Shown here piece by piece: positions 49,801 through 62,710 of a stretch of DNA of 64,000 bases. The notes under the pieces are model-generated. The model searched no databases. It worked only from the letters and a program-made list of their open reading frames with translations, and was not told the DNA's origin. The position numbers were made by a program, and so were the translations under genes. Source of the stretch: Hypanus sabinus (lineage: Eukaryota). Position 1 is the stretch's first letter. Every line of letters begins with the position of its first letter. The stretch covers positions 34,286,001 through 34,350,000 of the forward strand of contig NC_082728.1 of the NCBI RefSeq assembly GCF_030144855.1. Reading direction: 5' to 3'.

Positions 49801-52800
49801 GTTTCTTGTAAACAAAAATTATATAACTTATGTTTTACTTGTGAATGTTGTTTATATGATGCAATTTCCCCGTGCTGTTGCTGCAAATCAGTTTTTCATT
49901 GCATCTGTGTGTCCATGTACAATAAACTCAACTTTTCTGATTATAACTTGAGATTAGTTGGCAAGTATTTGCACAGGAATGTGAATTCAAAGATATCTAA
50001 AGAACAGAAACCACAAGCATGAACGACATGTAGAGTGAAATTGGTGAAATTTATTCTTACAGTTTACTGCTATTAAATGTGGCCAGGGTTCAAATGAACC
50101 CGCCAATGCAGTGGTTTTTGAGGGAGCAATCTAAAACTTAGGGGAAAGATCAAGTGCAATGAACACCCTTGATAAACACCAAATACTGTCACATTAATTG
50201 CTTCATTTCACAAGTAGTATTAAAGTATTGCATAGCCATGAATTATCTTTACAGAAACACCACAAATACTGAAGACAACCCTAACAAGTACTTTCCTACC
50301 TCCCAGTCTTCCAAGTTTTGTATGGCTACAAAACTGCATCCTGCAACATAGAATAATTTCCATGCCCAATTATCTGCAAAAATAAGTAAATACATTTATT
50401 TGATCTTGTTCAGTCTTTCATAAATAATCTCACCTTAACTTCACAGTAGTAAATACATAGCTAGAAAACAGAATCATTTGATACAATTTCAGATTATCTT
50501 GGAGTCCAGCAGAACGCAAATTACAAGATATTTTCTTAAGCAACACACACAAAATGCTGGAGCAATTCAGCAGGTCAGGCAGCATCTGCGAATTCTCCTT
50601 AAGGGATGCCTAGCCTGAAGTTTAAATCTTCTTCCGTAGATGCTGCCTGACCTGCTGAGTTCCTCCAGCACTTTGTGTGTGTTGCTTTTGATTTACAGTG
50701 TCTGCAGATTTTTTCAAGTTTAAGATATTTTCTTAATTGGTAATTGGCTTATTACAGTCACATTTACAGTGAAAAATTTCCTTTTGCATGTCATCGGTAC
50801 AGATCATTTCACAAGAACAGTACATCGAAGTATTAACACAGCATCAACACAAGTGATGCCAACCAGCTCAATAAACTGATTAGAAAGACTGGCTGTGTTA
50901 TAGGCGTCAAACTGGATACATTGGAGGCTGTGGTAGAACAAAGGACCTAGAGAAAATCCTGGCAATTCTGGAAAATGTTTCTCACCCTCTTTATGCCACC
51001 TTGGCTGAAAAGAGGAGCACTTTTAATAATAGACTAAGACAACTGTGCTGCTCCAGAGTGCTATATAAGGTCATTAGCTCTAAAATGAATTAACCTATAG
51101 TTGGGGAAGTGATGGCCCCCTCCTGTTAGTCTGTTTGAAATAAATTATTTTCTATTCTTTCTTAATTCTCTTCTAATATTTGTATATCTGTGCACTTGTA
51201 ATGCTACGGTGACACTGTAATTTCCTTTGGGATCTATCTATCAGAAGGGAAAGCAATAACAGAATGCAGAATAGAATGTTACAATTACAGATAAAGTGCA
51301 GTGTATAAGGTGAAAGGTTCATGAAATGTCAGGTGAAAACACAGTGCAGTTCACTTCAAAACAATTTTTTGAATATTTAAACTGGGCATACTATGCAGGT
51401 TTAATTTGTAACTTTCTATTATCAGTCTTAAATTCAGTCCAAACATTCGTCCATCCAATCCTTTTTCCTCCATTCAAAGTGGCAAAACAAGAGTTGAAAA
51501 CTGATCCAAGACCATAAACTTCCAGTGTATATGTCTACAGCCTTCTGTGCAGCTACAAACTTTTATTATTTGTTATCAAGTGATCCAACAGCATCATACA
51601 TTCTTCAAAGTTTTTAGAACATAATGAAACCTTTCTAAACTGAAGCCGGAGTGCAAACATTAAGTACTGAGTGTTAAGCTACTTGATTTATTGTGTAACA
51701 TAAAGGTGTCTGAGTACAGCAGCAGAAAGTGCCATCTTCAACGTCAAATTTAAAAGAATAAAAATCAGTTCTACAAAACATAAGCAACTTACTCCACTAG
51801 ATTTGGCAGTGAAAATGAAAAAAAAACTGCATTTGTTTGTAATTTACATTTAAATTCAGATGATTTCCATTCAATAATATTTTACAGCGCTACATTCTAT
51901 ATTCAGCATGTTTGTCTGGAACAGGAACTAATGCACAGTAACTAAGTTTATCTTAAGTCTAGGTTATCCATCCATTTCTTGTTAATAAGTAGATAACCCA
52001 GTCCTGCCAGTGATTGCTAAGGGAGGAATAAAGTTCAAATCTGAACTTTCCCAGTAGTAGTCAATTTGTTTATCAACAGACAAAATTTTGACATCACACG
52101 CTTCACAAACACCTTATCACCTGCTTTTGCCAACATAACAATCTGACAATTTAAGAACAGAGGTAAGTTGTGATTTTCCTTGATTAATGTCTAGCCACAG
52201 GTGTCAAAATGGTTGTTATGACGTGTCTAGTGTGGTGGTGTAATGGGTAGTGTTTGTGGCTCTCACTTTCAACTTCCACCACTGGCTAACAGTCTTGTGA
52301 AAAGGAGAGCTGAATGTGCAAGTCTCCCCCTGCCAGTACATAGCCTCTCCAGCAGAAAGCCTCAAGTAGTGCCTCCTCCTTAGACCCATTGAACCTGAAC
52401 ACCTTTCCGACTCAGGCTGAACTAAAGGACGGGGAGGAGGTCTGGCCCCTGCACATGTAGCACTCAGGCCCGCCAGTGTGTGGACATGCGCTGGTGCTCA
52501 TGAACCAGATCCCCAGCTATGGGTAAATAGCTCCACTGCCTTGTGGGCAGCCTTGAGAGACCGTCTACAGGAATAAACCCAGACAGGAAATCTGGAGTGG
52601 AGCCCCTAAGGTAGCTGGATGCCATTGAACACCCTTCCGACAGCTCCTGCAAACAAGCTGGTACCAAACATATTGCTTCATAAGCTTTCCTTTTTACTAC
52701 ACTCATGAGGACATGAGGGGGATCTTGATGACTGGGCATCCCAGGATCTCAATATTTCCCACCCAGGCTTGTGGTGCTGATGATCATCACTCATTGTCCT

Positions 52801-53846
52801 TCGAGACAGATAAATGTCAACTAACTATCAAGCCACAATAGACCACTTGGGCACAATAAACATCAGAAAATTAGACAGGTCGGACTACATGCGTAAAGGG
52901 AGCTGCTTCTATTTGAATTAGTGGATTTATGTCCAATAACATCATAAAATCCTACAATATTTATTTGCACATTTTACTTTATTCATTTAATCTGCAGTTT
53001 TATCAACATCATCCAAAAGGGCTCTACAGAAAATAATGTCGATTGTGTTATCATGTAATCCATTCCCGCTTCATCTTTCCAAGCATAACATTTGTCAATT
53101 ATTTCTGTTAGCTGCAGTTTCTATTATTTTCTGTTAATTGATGTAATGTTCCAGGTTCCCTTTAATTTGATATGATTGCAAATGCCTACTTGTTTTCAAA
53201 TCTGTAAAGCAGAACTGTAAATATGTTACAGATATAAGATTAGATCATGATTTTTCTCACCCATACTGTAGTAGGCAGCAGCTAACCCAATAGAACCAAT
53301 TCCTGCAGGAGAGAAAAGAACATTTCACTCATAACTATTCTCTTAATCATAAAATTTCTGGTGAAATCTTTTTTCCTGCTGGTACTAACTGATCCAACTT
53401 CCATTGCTGAAGACCAAAGTAATTCATTGTTAAATAGCCCTCAAAACACTCCATTCTATTAATTTCTCTTGCAGGACTTGCTCTGCTGCACTTGTTCTGT
53501 GCAAACAACAATGAAACAATTTAAGTTTTTAAATCCTTTTTTTTAATTAGTCCCATGGAATCCTTAGTATTCATCTGAAATTACAGATGAAGCACATTAG
53601 ATTCTAGTCTGAAAGCATAATTCAAAAGATAATATTCAGTAAGATGGCACTGCCATTGCACAACACTGGCATACTTATGTGGAATTTGAACCTACATCCT
53701 AATTCTTTTGAAGTGAGACTGCTACCATCTGAAAGTGATTTAATTACCATGCACTTACCAACTAACACAGACCATGATCTAATACCAGGTGACCTCGTAA
53801 GGTGCAGGATTGAATCTGTTTTCTCCTCCACAGTCATGTATGCCAT
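46858..53846 (-). CDS. CYBC1: Cytochrome b-245 chaperone 1 (EROS/C17orf62), core CDS 190 aa
   Basis: Exons 53846-53759, 53302-53261, 50373-50300, 48750-48654, 48046-47902, 46984-46858 (573 nt), all GT-AG and phase-consistent. Translation: MAYMTVEEKTDSILHLTRSPGIRSWSVLVGIGSIGLAAAYYS...WKLFYVAGC.FVAIQNLEDWEE...VEEERIRYLGKGYVVVLRFSAGFSHPLTQSAVLG..SDVKAIAELI. Confidence 0.96.
47468..47588 (+). mobile_element. Penelope pLTR 3' fragment
   Basis: tctcggcccgaaacgtcgacag...cagcatctgcagatttcctcgtgttt, nearly identical to 4622-4739. Confidence 0.85.
49205..49750 (+). mobile_element. Degenerate Penelope-like fragment (GIY-YIG region plus pLTR)
   Basis: ORF relic CSLLYISETHCRPGDHFANNLHS...LQLDGTNTDLFNFQ, followed by a decayed ccagatgaaagcc..ctgaaacattgac hammerhead-like motif. 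Confidence 0.7.
50540..50721. mobile_element. Palindromic mini Penelope insert
   Basis: Inverted arms ~50540-50587 and ~50638-50685. Perfect 15-bp TSD AAGATATTTTCTTAA at 50525-50539 and 50722-50736. Confidence 0.82.
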
Positions 53847-54659
53847 CTTAATGAACAACAATTCCCAGTGTATGGAATATAAACTGGCAATGCTTTCAAT
53901 GGACCTGTAATGAACCACAAAATGACAGTGTAATACACACTTGAAAATAAGATGCAGCAAAGAGCATTGCCAAAGATGTTAGATGCCCCACTGATAGCAA
54001 ATGTCTCTTTTGTAGCTATTATAAGGTAATCCAATATGTACTGGATTTGGAGAAGTGGTATGTGCTTCCAGTAAACCACTGTTGATGATACAGCTAATGT
54101 TTCTGAGACTATTTTGCAGTTTAGGAAGACAATCTTGTTAATCAGGCCACTTTTAACCAACATTACTCAATGCTTTTAACTCTTTGCCCACAACTTTTTA
54201 AATACATTATTTTATGGATATCATTGATATTGCGAAGGAGAATGATTCACCATCTTTTGAATGCTAATTGAGCATGCTATTATGCAAGATAAATAAGGTA
54301 GGCTGCATTTATCAAGAAATTGCACTGATGACCTGAGAGATTTATACCATTAAACACATTTCAGATTTTGCTGTCATAAGTTACCCCTATAAATATTAGA
54401 ACAGATTCACAGGTTCAAAATCTGTATAATTAACAGCTAATGTAATTATCAAGTCATCTTACATTCAATTTGAAAAACTATTTCTATAGCTCTTCACAGA
54501 AGTAAAAACAGAAAGGTGTTATCACAGGTGCACTCAGTGGGGACAAAGTGGAGGGCTCATCTGTTGAGTCTATATGGATGAAAATGCAAAAATAAGAAAA
54601 ATAACCATTCTGATGACATTATACTACCAACTTTCCACCCCCCCCCCCCCCACCCCAAA

Positions 54660-55680
54660 ACACACACTCAGGAACCATAACCCTGGAACTAGAAAGAGTT
54701 AATTGGGAACAGTGGTGTTGTGCAAGTCCAAATCTAACAAGTGGAGGATGTTTAAAGCCAAGCTGCACCAAGTATGGAACAAGTATGTTCCAATAAGAAG
54801 GATGGCAAGGTAAGAGAACCTTGGACGTTGAGAGAGGTGGTGAATGTAGATAAGGAGAAAAAGTTCATATAAAGTTCAGGAAGCTGAAATCAAACTGATC
54901 TTGAGGATTGTAAAGAAGCCAGAAAAGAACTCAAATAGGGAATTAGGAAAGCCAGGAGGAGCCATGAAATGTCCATGACAATTAGGATCAAAGAGAATCC
55001 CAAGGAACTCTATACATATATCAAGAGCAAGAAGATAATTAAGGAGCATAAGGACAACTCATGGATAAAGGAGGGAATGTGTGCTCGGAGGTGGAGGACG
55101 TGGGTGAAGTTCTAATTGAGTACTTTGCATCAGGATTTACCAAGGAAAAGGACATTAAGTATAGGGAGATCAGTATGGAAAATGCTAATTTGCTAGGGCA
55201 TTTCAAGATAGAGAAGATAGTTTTGAGCCTCTAGAGTGGCTAAGTCCCCAAGGCCTGATGGGATATACCCAAGGCTACTGACAGTGGCAAGAGATGAGAT
55301 TGCTGGGGCCTCGACAAAATCTTTGTGTTCCCTGTAGCCACAGATGAGTCCTGGAGAACAACAAATTAGTTAATGTTATTCCATTATTCATGAAAGGAAA
55401 TAGGGATAATTCTGGAAACTGTAGACTGGTGAGTCTCATGTCAGTTACTGGAGAGGATTCTTAGGAAAAAGATTTATGAGCACTAGGTAAATGATAGTCT
55501 AATTAGGAACTTGACTTTGTGCAGGCATTAAATTATCAGATTAAGTGCATTGGATCCATGGTTCTTTGGATTCAGAATTGGTTGCCTATAGAAAACAGAG
55601 GATAGTACTCAATGGGACTTTCGGCTGGAGGTTTGTGACTAGTGGTGTTCCAAAGGGACCCATACTCAGAATTCTGCTGT
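54660..55680 (+). mobile_element. CR1-type LINE internal fragment (decayed)
   Basis: aaagagaatcccaagg..tatacatatatcaagagcaag (KENPK..Y.YIKSK), aagtccccaaggcctgatgggatatacccaagg, gtgactagtggtgttccaaaggga. Confidence 0.75.
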
Positions 55681-56250
55681 TATTTTGTCAATCCCTTCCA
55701 TTCTCCATCCCCAGGTTCATGGGCATTCTGTGAACTCTTTCTACTCTTCATACTCTCCAAAACACTTCATGATTATGAATACTGCTACAGATCCTCCTGG
55801 AACCACTGCTGTTTCACCTAGAACCACAACAGTTCCTTCAGTCTATCAATAACATTAAAATCATTTATTCCTAGAATCATTTCAGAAAATCTCTTCTGCA
55901 CCCTTTCTAAAGCCTTTGGATCTTTTCTGAAGTGTGGCACCCGAGACTGGATACAAGTTTCCAGATGTGACCAAACCAGAGTTAAAAGTATCATTGACTT
56001 CCTTTATCTTGTACTCCATCCATGGGGCCTATATACTTCTTTTTCTTATTCTACCTCATCACTTCTTAAACAAACTATCACATACACCTCCAGCCTTCTC
56101 ATATATATCTTAATTGTGCTTTCTAATTTAGTCCCTAACCATTAAGCAAACTTCTTCTCACACTGCTATTGACCATTTTATTCCATGGACCTCAATCTTG
56201 TTGAGAAGCCATTGCATGACACTTGCTCAAACACCTTTTGGAACCCTGTA

Positions 56251-56788
56251 CAATAAAACTCCAATAATCCAGCATCCAATTGTTTGGGAATCCAGCTGGT
56301 CCAGCTCTGGGTTCACTTTCCAGTCCAGAACATGAGAGTGAGGTCCAGAATGCAAGCAGGATGTGCAGTCAGAGCCAGCAGAGCAGATTGCGGGTGGGGC
56401 AGGGTCCAGACTGTGGGCAGTGTGTGCATTTAGCCCTGGGGTTGGAACCCAGGGTACCAGGGGTCAGAAACATGGGTCAGTTTAGGAAGCTAAGGATGGG
56501 ACCAAAGTGCTTGCATACTTCCTGATACTATTGAACTTACTGGCTTAGCACATACATAATACACCAAACAACATAGCACAGGAAAAGGCCCTTTGGCCCA
56601 CGAAATTGTGCTGAACTAATTAGACTAATGACACCTAAAGCTTTGCTGTAAAATTTCATATATTACCGTGCAACCAATAAACTTAGTGAAATTTAAATAA
56701 TTTGGGTTGCTAATAGATGTTACATCTATAATCAGGAAAATCTGCTTATCTATCATTACCAGAGTGCCAGATTACTGGAGCATTATTG
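56251..56788. mobile_element. pogo/Tigger-like MITE (degenerate)
   Basis: TA|caataaaactccaataatccagca ... tgccagattactggagcattattg|TA: imperfect TIRs with a TA TSD. Confidence 0.55.
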
Positions 56789-59014
56789 TAGCCAGCCACT
56801 ACATTTTCCTCATAAATGCTCTTTTGCAAACATGTATTCATGGGATTATGCACAGATGACCATCAGTCCTTATGATCCTGCAGTTGTAAACCATGGGAGC
56901 AGGCAGTACAGCTGCAGTATTTTAGTTCCACTGACCCAGGTTCAGTCCTGACCCTTGGTGCTGTCTGTGTGGAGTCTGCACACCCTCCCTGTGACTATGC
57001 GAATGCCACCTGGTTACTCCGGTCTCTTTCCACATCACAAAGATGTGCAGTTAATTGGCCGCTGTAACTTCTTGTATAAGTGAGCGGTGGAACATGGCAG
57101 CAGATGATTGAAGGGTGGAGCGGACTCAGTGGGCCGAAAGGCCTACTTCTGCTCCTATATCTCATGGATCGGAATACAGGGAAAATAAAGTGGGATTAGT
57201 GTAAGTGGCTGGCATAGACTCAGTGGGCTGAAGGGCCAGTTTCAATGCTGTATTTCTCTCTGACTTTAATCTTGTGCAATTCTCCCTTTTCCAACAGTCC
57301 TCACTTTTTTCCATTTTTTAGGCTTTATAATTTATGATCTAAGCCATCAGTCTTTCCTTTGACAGCCTCTTAATTAAGTATCTTTTCAACAATATTTCCA
57401 TAGGCCTGCTGTTCCTTCCATTTACTCGTGTGTTAAGTGCATCAAGATCATTTATAACTTTACTGTAGAAGTGCTACTCATGGACAAAGCTGTGGCATTT
57501 CACTGCAGTACTCTTTAAAGGAAACGCTTCCAGAATATCATCATCATTATGCGCCATGTTGTATGACATAGGCAATCGTGGGCTATCCATGGACATTAAT
57601 TTTCGACAGAAGTGCCTTCTGCTGGACCGTGTCTTTACAAGACAAGCGACTGTCAATACGCTTCAGAGATTGACTGCCCGGCGTCAATAGTTGCACAGCC
57701 AGGACTTGTGATATACACCAGTGGATAGAACCATCCACCACCTGCTCCCATCACTTCATGTAACCTTGATCGGGAGGGCTAAGCAGGTTGCTACACCTTG
57801 CACAGGGGAGACCTACAGGCTAGCAGAGGGAAGAAGCACCTTACAACTCCTTTGGTAGAGACGCATCGCCACCATGCCTCCCTTATTCTAAATGAATACA
57901 TTTATAAGTTCCCCATGGACCATTGGTCTATCATCAAAGGAGAACTTCATGATCCATCTCTTCGACCACTTTGTATCTCCACTCTTTCATCTGAGTATTT
58001 CAATCTTAGAAGTCACTTCCAATCGCATTGTATTTACACTTAATGAACTTTAATATTTTATGCTGAATTTCATGCAGTCATTTCAACTTAATTCCTAATC
58101 CTTGTTTGGTGTTTATCTTACATCAATGTTAATGCTTTGTGGCCACCTTCCTCGTATTGTGGCTCCAAAGAGTGTTGGTAACTTCCAGTAATCTGCCGCT
58201 GTTGTCTTTCAATGAGGGTATGACGGAAACACAAAGGATGGGATATGGGCGGGGGGGGGGCAGCAATATCGGTGAGCAATTAAATCAGTAAAATCTAAGC
58301 GTTTGCTGCTCACCCAAGGCACAGAACGTCTTCGGAAGCCCCTTCTGTGAAATCAATGGGTTCAAAGAAGTCACTGTGGCTAAATATGGCAGGTCAATTG
58401 TACTTGCACGCAGTTTTAGTTTAACATACATACCCTCTGGGAGGCAGGTTCTGATAACAGGTGTTCCAACTGAACCGTTCACTCTAACTCATTCCACAGA
58501 AACTGCCTGATCTGCTGAGTGCCATCCAGCTTTTCTGTTTTTTAATCCCTAATCTGACCCCATCATGACAATTCCGCTGTTAAAGATAACGCACTTAGAA
58601 AATTTGCAGTTATAGTTGTTCTTTCCTGGTTTGTTGAGACTGAAGGGTGTTGGGCAAGGGATTTCAAAAGGGGCGTTTTTGCGGTATAACTTACAACTGT
58701 CGGGGAAAAGTCTAAAATCAGAACAACTTGAGATTTAGAGGCAACACTTAATAGCAAAGCACTTAATTAAATATCTTAAACATGCAAGCGTTGAAGAAAA
58801 ATCAGTGCAGTTTAAAAACGCATTTTAGAATGAGAAAGTAACACATGTCTTAATTGAAATCTGTTCCGTAGTGGATCTATTGAGTGGCATGAGATCAGTT
58901 TCAGAAACTTTTAGTCAGAAAACACATCTAAAACAACAACGACCGGCATTAAAACAATGAAATAGTACCCTTGCCCTTGAAAATAATTCTGGTTTTAGAG
59001 GAATAAAGTCATAC

Positions 59015-59303
59015 CGTCAGTTCTTCCTTGTGAACCTCACCAGCAAGGCGAGCAAGTTTCAGAATGATTTCTTCCTCTTCTCGCTTGAAGATCTCTGCTC
59101 TCTCATTGGTTTGGATTAGGATCCGCCTCCGGATGCCTGCTACCCAATCAGAAGGACGAATTAACTTCGTTTCCCACCCTCACCCCCCCCCCACCCCCTC
59201 CCCCTCCACTGCAACCAACACAGAAATGAATAACAAAACGCAGTATTCACGAGTGGCTGGGTCGCTTCCGCAGTTGTGTCAACTTACGGTTAGTATCTCT
59301 CAT
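59015..59303 (-). other. CYBC1: Two putative upstream CYBC1 exons (ending 59288; 59136-59015), 5' UTR or an in-frame N-terminal extension
   Basis: Donor C|gtaagt at 59288, acceptor tagcag| at 59136, donor G|gtatga at 59015. The core ATG at 53846 is immediately preceded by an acceptor AG, so an upstream exon is expected. Confidence 0.5.
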
Positions 59304-60260
59304 GATAGCCAACCGGAGGTCAGAGTTGGGACTGGAAGTGCTACTTTTGCAGAAGCTGGTCTTTAAAATAAATAGTAAATAGTTCGGACGGTTTAGTTTG
59401 AACTCGTTTATTTCTACGAACTGAACGAAAGTGGAACAAATCTCTAAATTCAAACTGTTTTTTTTAAATTTTATTGTTTTCGAGTGCAGAAGGGGTGAAA
59501 TCAGTTCTGGAGGATGTTGGAACAGATGAGCCCCCACATTGTACGGTTCCCAGATACGTGCGGTGTGTCAGGTTCGCAATGTCGTTGAGCGGGGAGGCGG
59601 TTCTAGTGTGTCTGCGGGCGGGGCGTTCCTGCGGCACAGCGGACTGGCTCGGGGTGATGCTGTGCCGGACGGAGTGACTCCGCTCTCGGGGAGGGGTCCC
59701 GTCCACGAGAGAAGCATGAGACTGGAGACCAGCCCTGCTTGATATGCGGGAGAAGTGCTTAATCCCTGGCGTTTGTCTGCTGCCTGTTAATAAACCGCGT
59801 AGGCTGCCGGAGGCGACGGCTGAGTCCCGATGAGGGGTCTCGGCTCTTTATTCCTCCCCCTGCATGCTTCCTGACCTGCAGTGTTGCTCCAGGATTTTGT
59901 GTGTGCTTGGCTGTCTGTTGGAATAGTTCGCAAGTGCCGGAGGAAAGGTTGTTACCACTGACGGGGGTATCATTGGTATGGACTGCTTGAATGTATTTAG
60001 CTATGGTTTCATTTTGAAAATCTCTGGGGGGTATCGGCGAGAATGTAGCCGCCGGCCCGGTGTGTGTGTGTGTAAGCGAGAGACTCGTCGTTAAACATCC
60101 GGCAGACAGCGTCGAGCCCCGGGAGCGAACTCTCGATTGCGTCCTTCTCAACTTCAAAACAATCTCTTTGTGTCGCCAGGGTGGTAGAACCGCAACTGTA
60201 CGAGGCGCTCCGCATTCTGGTGGAAAGGGGGAGAGGAAGGCGAACGTCATTCCCTCGACA
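59230..60260. promoter_or_regulatory. CpG-rich bidirectional promoter region between CYBC1 and NARF
   Basis: CpG-rich segment between divergent 5' ends, with GC boxes (gcgggcggggcg ~59615-59626) and an ETS-like GGAAGTG near 59334. Confidence 0.65.
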
Positions 60261-60741
60261 TGAAGTGTGACAAATGCACTAAGAAGGTAAATAAAAATCC
60301 TTTGTCCTTAGTTAGTTTTTAAAATGTTATTCCTTTCGTATATGTGCATTGTAACAACGCGTAGGCTTGCGATTCCTAAAAAACTGAGTGTTGTTATTGA
60401 CAACTGCTGGTGTTTTAATCCAGGAATGTAGTAAAAAGCGAATAAATGATGAAAACGAAAGTCTGGTCATCGACACGAAAAGCTCGAGCACCAGTGATAC
60501 AGACGAGGTAACACGCCGAGCGGGGGCTGGGGGAGAAAAATACTTCAGTGGTAAATGATTGATGCGTGCTTACTAAATGTTTGTTTTTATTCTTTCAAAG
60601 GAAAGTGAATTTCATAAGTTGGCCAATGCAAAAATATTCCTTAGTGACTGCCTGGCCTGTGAAAATTGCGTGACTCCCACAGAAGGTTCGCGGATTGCCC
60701 AGCAATGCCAGGAGTTTTTAACTGTGCTTGACCTCAATCAG
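60260..60741 (+). CDS. NARF: Nuclear prelamin A recognition factor (Fe-hydrogenase-like), first three coding exons; continues beyond the window
   Basis: Exons 60260-60286 (MKCDKCTKK|gt), 60424-60507 (ECSKKRINDENESLVIDTKSSSTSDTDE|gt) and 60601-60741 (ESEFHKLANAKIFLSDCLACENCVTPTEG...LDLNQ|gt). Matches NARF MKC..C.(R/K)KECSKK and EFHKLA.AKIFLSDCLAC. Confidence 0.93.
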
Positions 60742-61349
60742 GTAAAATACACGGTATGGGGAAGAGAAAGGCAATTAAATTCATGCTTTCTGCCGATTGC
60801 TGTAAAACTGGGCAGAATTTTGTTTTCAAGATGCACATATTGTTCATGAGTGCTGTTGCCGTTTGGTCATATGGAGCCACAAATTTCCAGATTATTTTTT
60901 TTCAGTTTTTGTTCACTTTGCATGAATGGGATTTACCAGGATTCTCCCTATATGCTTCTTGTAGCTGTGCGATTTACACTGTAAACACGTTTTAAGCTAA
61001 CAACAAAAAGTTACAGCTGGAATCCATATTCCAAGGACATTTTTATGGAGGAAATTTTTGTGTCTCTGCTGCATAGAAAAGGAGCAACAAACTGCTGAGG
61101 TCTCACTTGCGGGGTCCTGCATTAGGCCTGGAAATCTATAACTTTTTTTTTGCAACAGGATTGTCTGTTAACTTTCTCAGGCAGCACCATCCCCCCTGTC
61201 ATCCCTTCATTTGGAATTTTTTTTCCTTTCTTATCCAGTTTGTCAGGAATTCAACCTAATTTGTTTTTTTTGTCATTGGTGAAGGAGATAAATGGACAAA
61301 ATTTAGTTTGCCTGTTGCCTTTGTCTTCCAATCACTTCATACTTCCAAC

Positions 61350-61386
61350 GGGGGGGGGGGGGGGGGGGGGGGGGGGTGGGGGGGGG
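61350..61386 (+). repeat. Poly-G tract
   Basis: G27-T-G9. Confidence 0.9.
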
Positions 61387-62710
61387 CAGAGCAGAGTTAA
61401 ACTTATGCTATTTATCCTATATCCTGCACATTTTCTAACTTGTTCTTTCAAATGTCTACACCAGAGTTGGACAGCAAAAAGATGGTCCCTTTGGCCCATC
61501 AAGTGTAGGCTGACCATTAAGCACCCATGTAGTTCTCCCCCCACTAACATCAAGTCAATCCAGATTCTGCCTCTTGTATTAGGCACAACCGATAACCTAA
61601 ACCACACATCACTGGCATATGAGAGGAAACTAGAGCACTTTGAGAAAGCCCGTGGTATCACAGAGAGATTATATGAACTCCATTAGGATATCACCTGAAC
61701 TCAGGGCTGGATTTACATTGGAGAATCGGAGGCAGCAATTCTATTAGTAGTGCCACTCTGATAGCCGTAATATTAATTACAAATAGTTGTAAAGTATGAG
61801 TCCAAATATTTCAGGGTGCAGTGAGTCAAACACATTATTTCTGCAATGAAAAATCCCAGGCTTGTGTAACTTTATAAGCAAGAGTTCTTGAAAGGGTATT
61901 GAAGAACTTAACAAATTGATTTCTTGATCAGCTGATAACATTTGGGAAGTAACCAATGCCCATTAAATGAAAAAGTGAGCCAGCTTATTGCATACCTTTA
62001 TTTGTGTTTCCACTTTATAGTGGTAGCATATTGTTAATATACCAGTACATCCCAGAAGTTAGAGGCTTCAATAACATGAAATAGCAGGGAATAGTATAAC
62101 AGTAGTTCGTGTTCAGGTGTACATCAAAAGAGCGCTTGTGCATTGAAGTATATGCCACTGAAGAGCAAAGCATATGGTTCACATTTCCTTTGTAATGGTG
62201 CCTCGATGTTTGGTGGCTTTTCAATTAAAGTGGCTGCGCTTGATATTGCTGCCTGCACAAAAGCATGTGCCACATCTTGCCACCGTCAAAATGTGACTGG
62301 CAGTTGTACTTCGGAACACAGCTGTAATTAGCTGTCCAGGTTCAGATTACAGAAAAAGACTTATTTCAAAGTTGGGTGCCGGCACGTGTTGCGGGGTGTC
62401 TTAATGAAAAATACTGAAATCATCCAGCTGTGCTGCTGTACCATGAGCTCACTTTGTGACAGGCAAAAGTGTCAATTAAATGTGATCATTATTAGAGTAG
62501 AATAGTATCTGAGTGTGATCCAAAGTAAAATCTCCATTGCTGGCATTTCAGCTCCATTTTTATTTTAATGCTGCATACCATTAAGCTCAGAAATTAATTG
62601 CCTTAAAAGCCACTTGAATGTTTTCATCCAGTTTAGTTGACTTGAAGTGATTGTTCTAAGATAAATGACCTTCAAGTATTGATGGGTGTGGGCTAGTATG
62701 TAATAAATTG

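Noticed and set aside
61150-61686. 178-aa poly-Gly and 109-aa poly-Pro ORFs
   Set aside because: They are produced by the poly-G tract plus SINE sequence in an intron.
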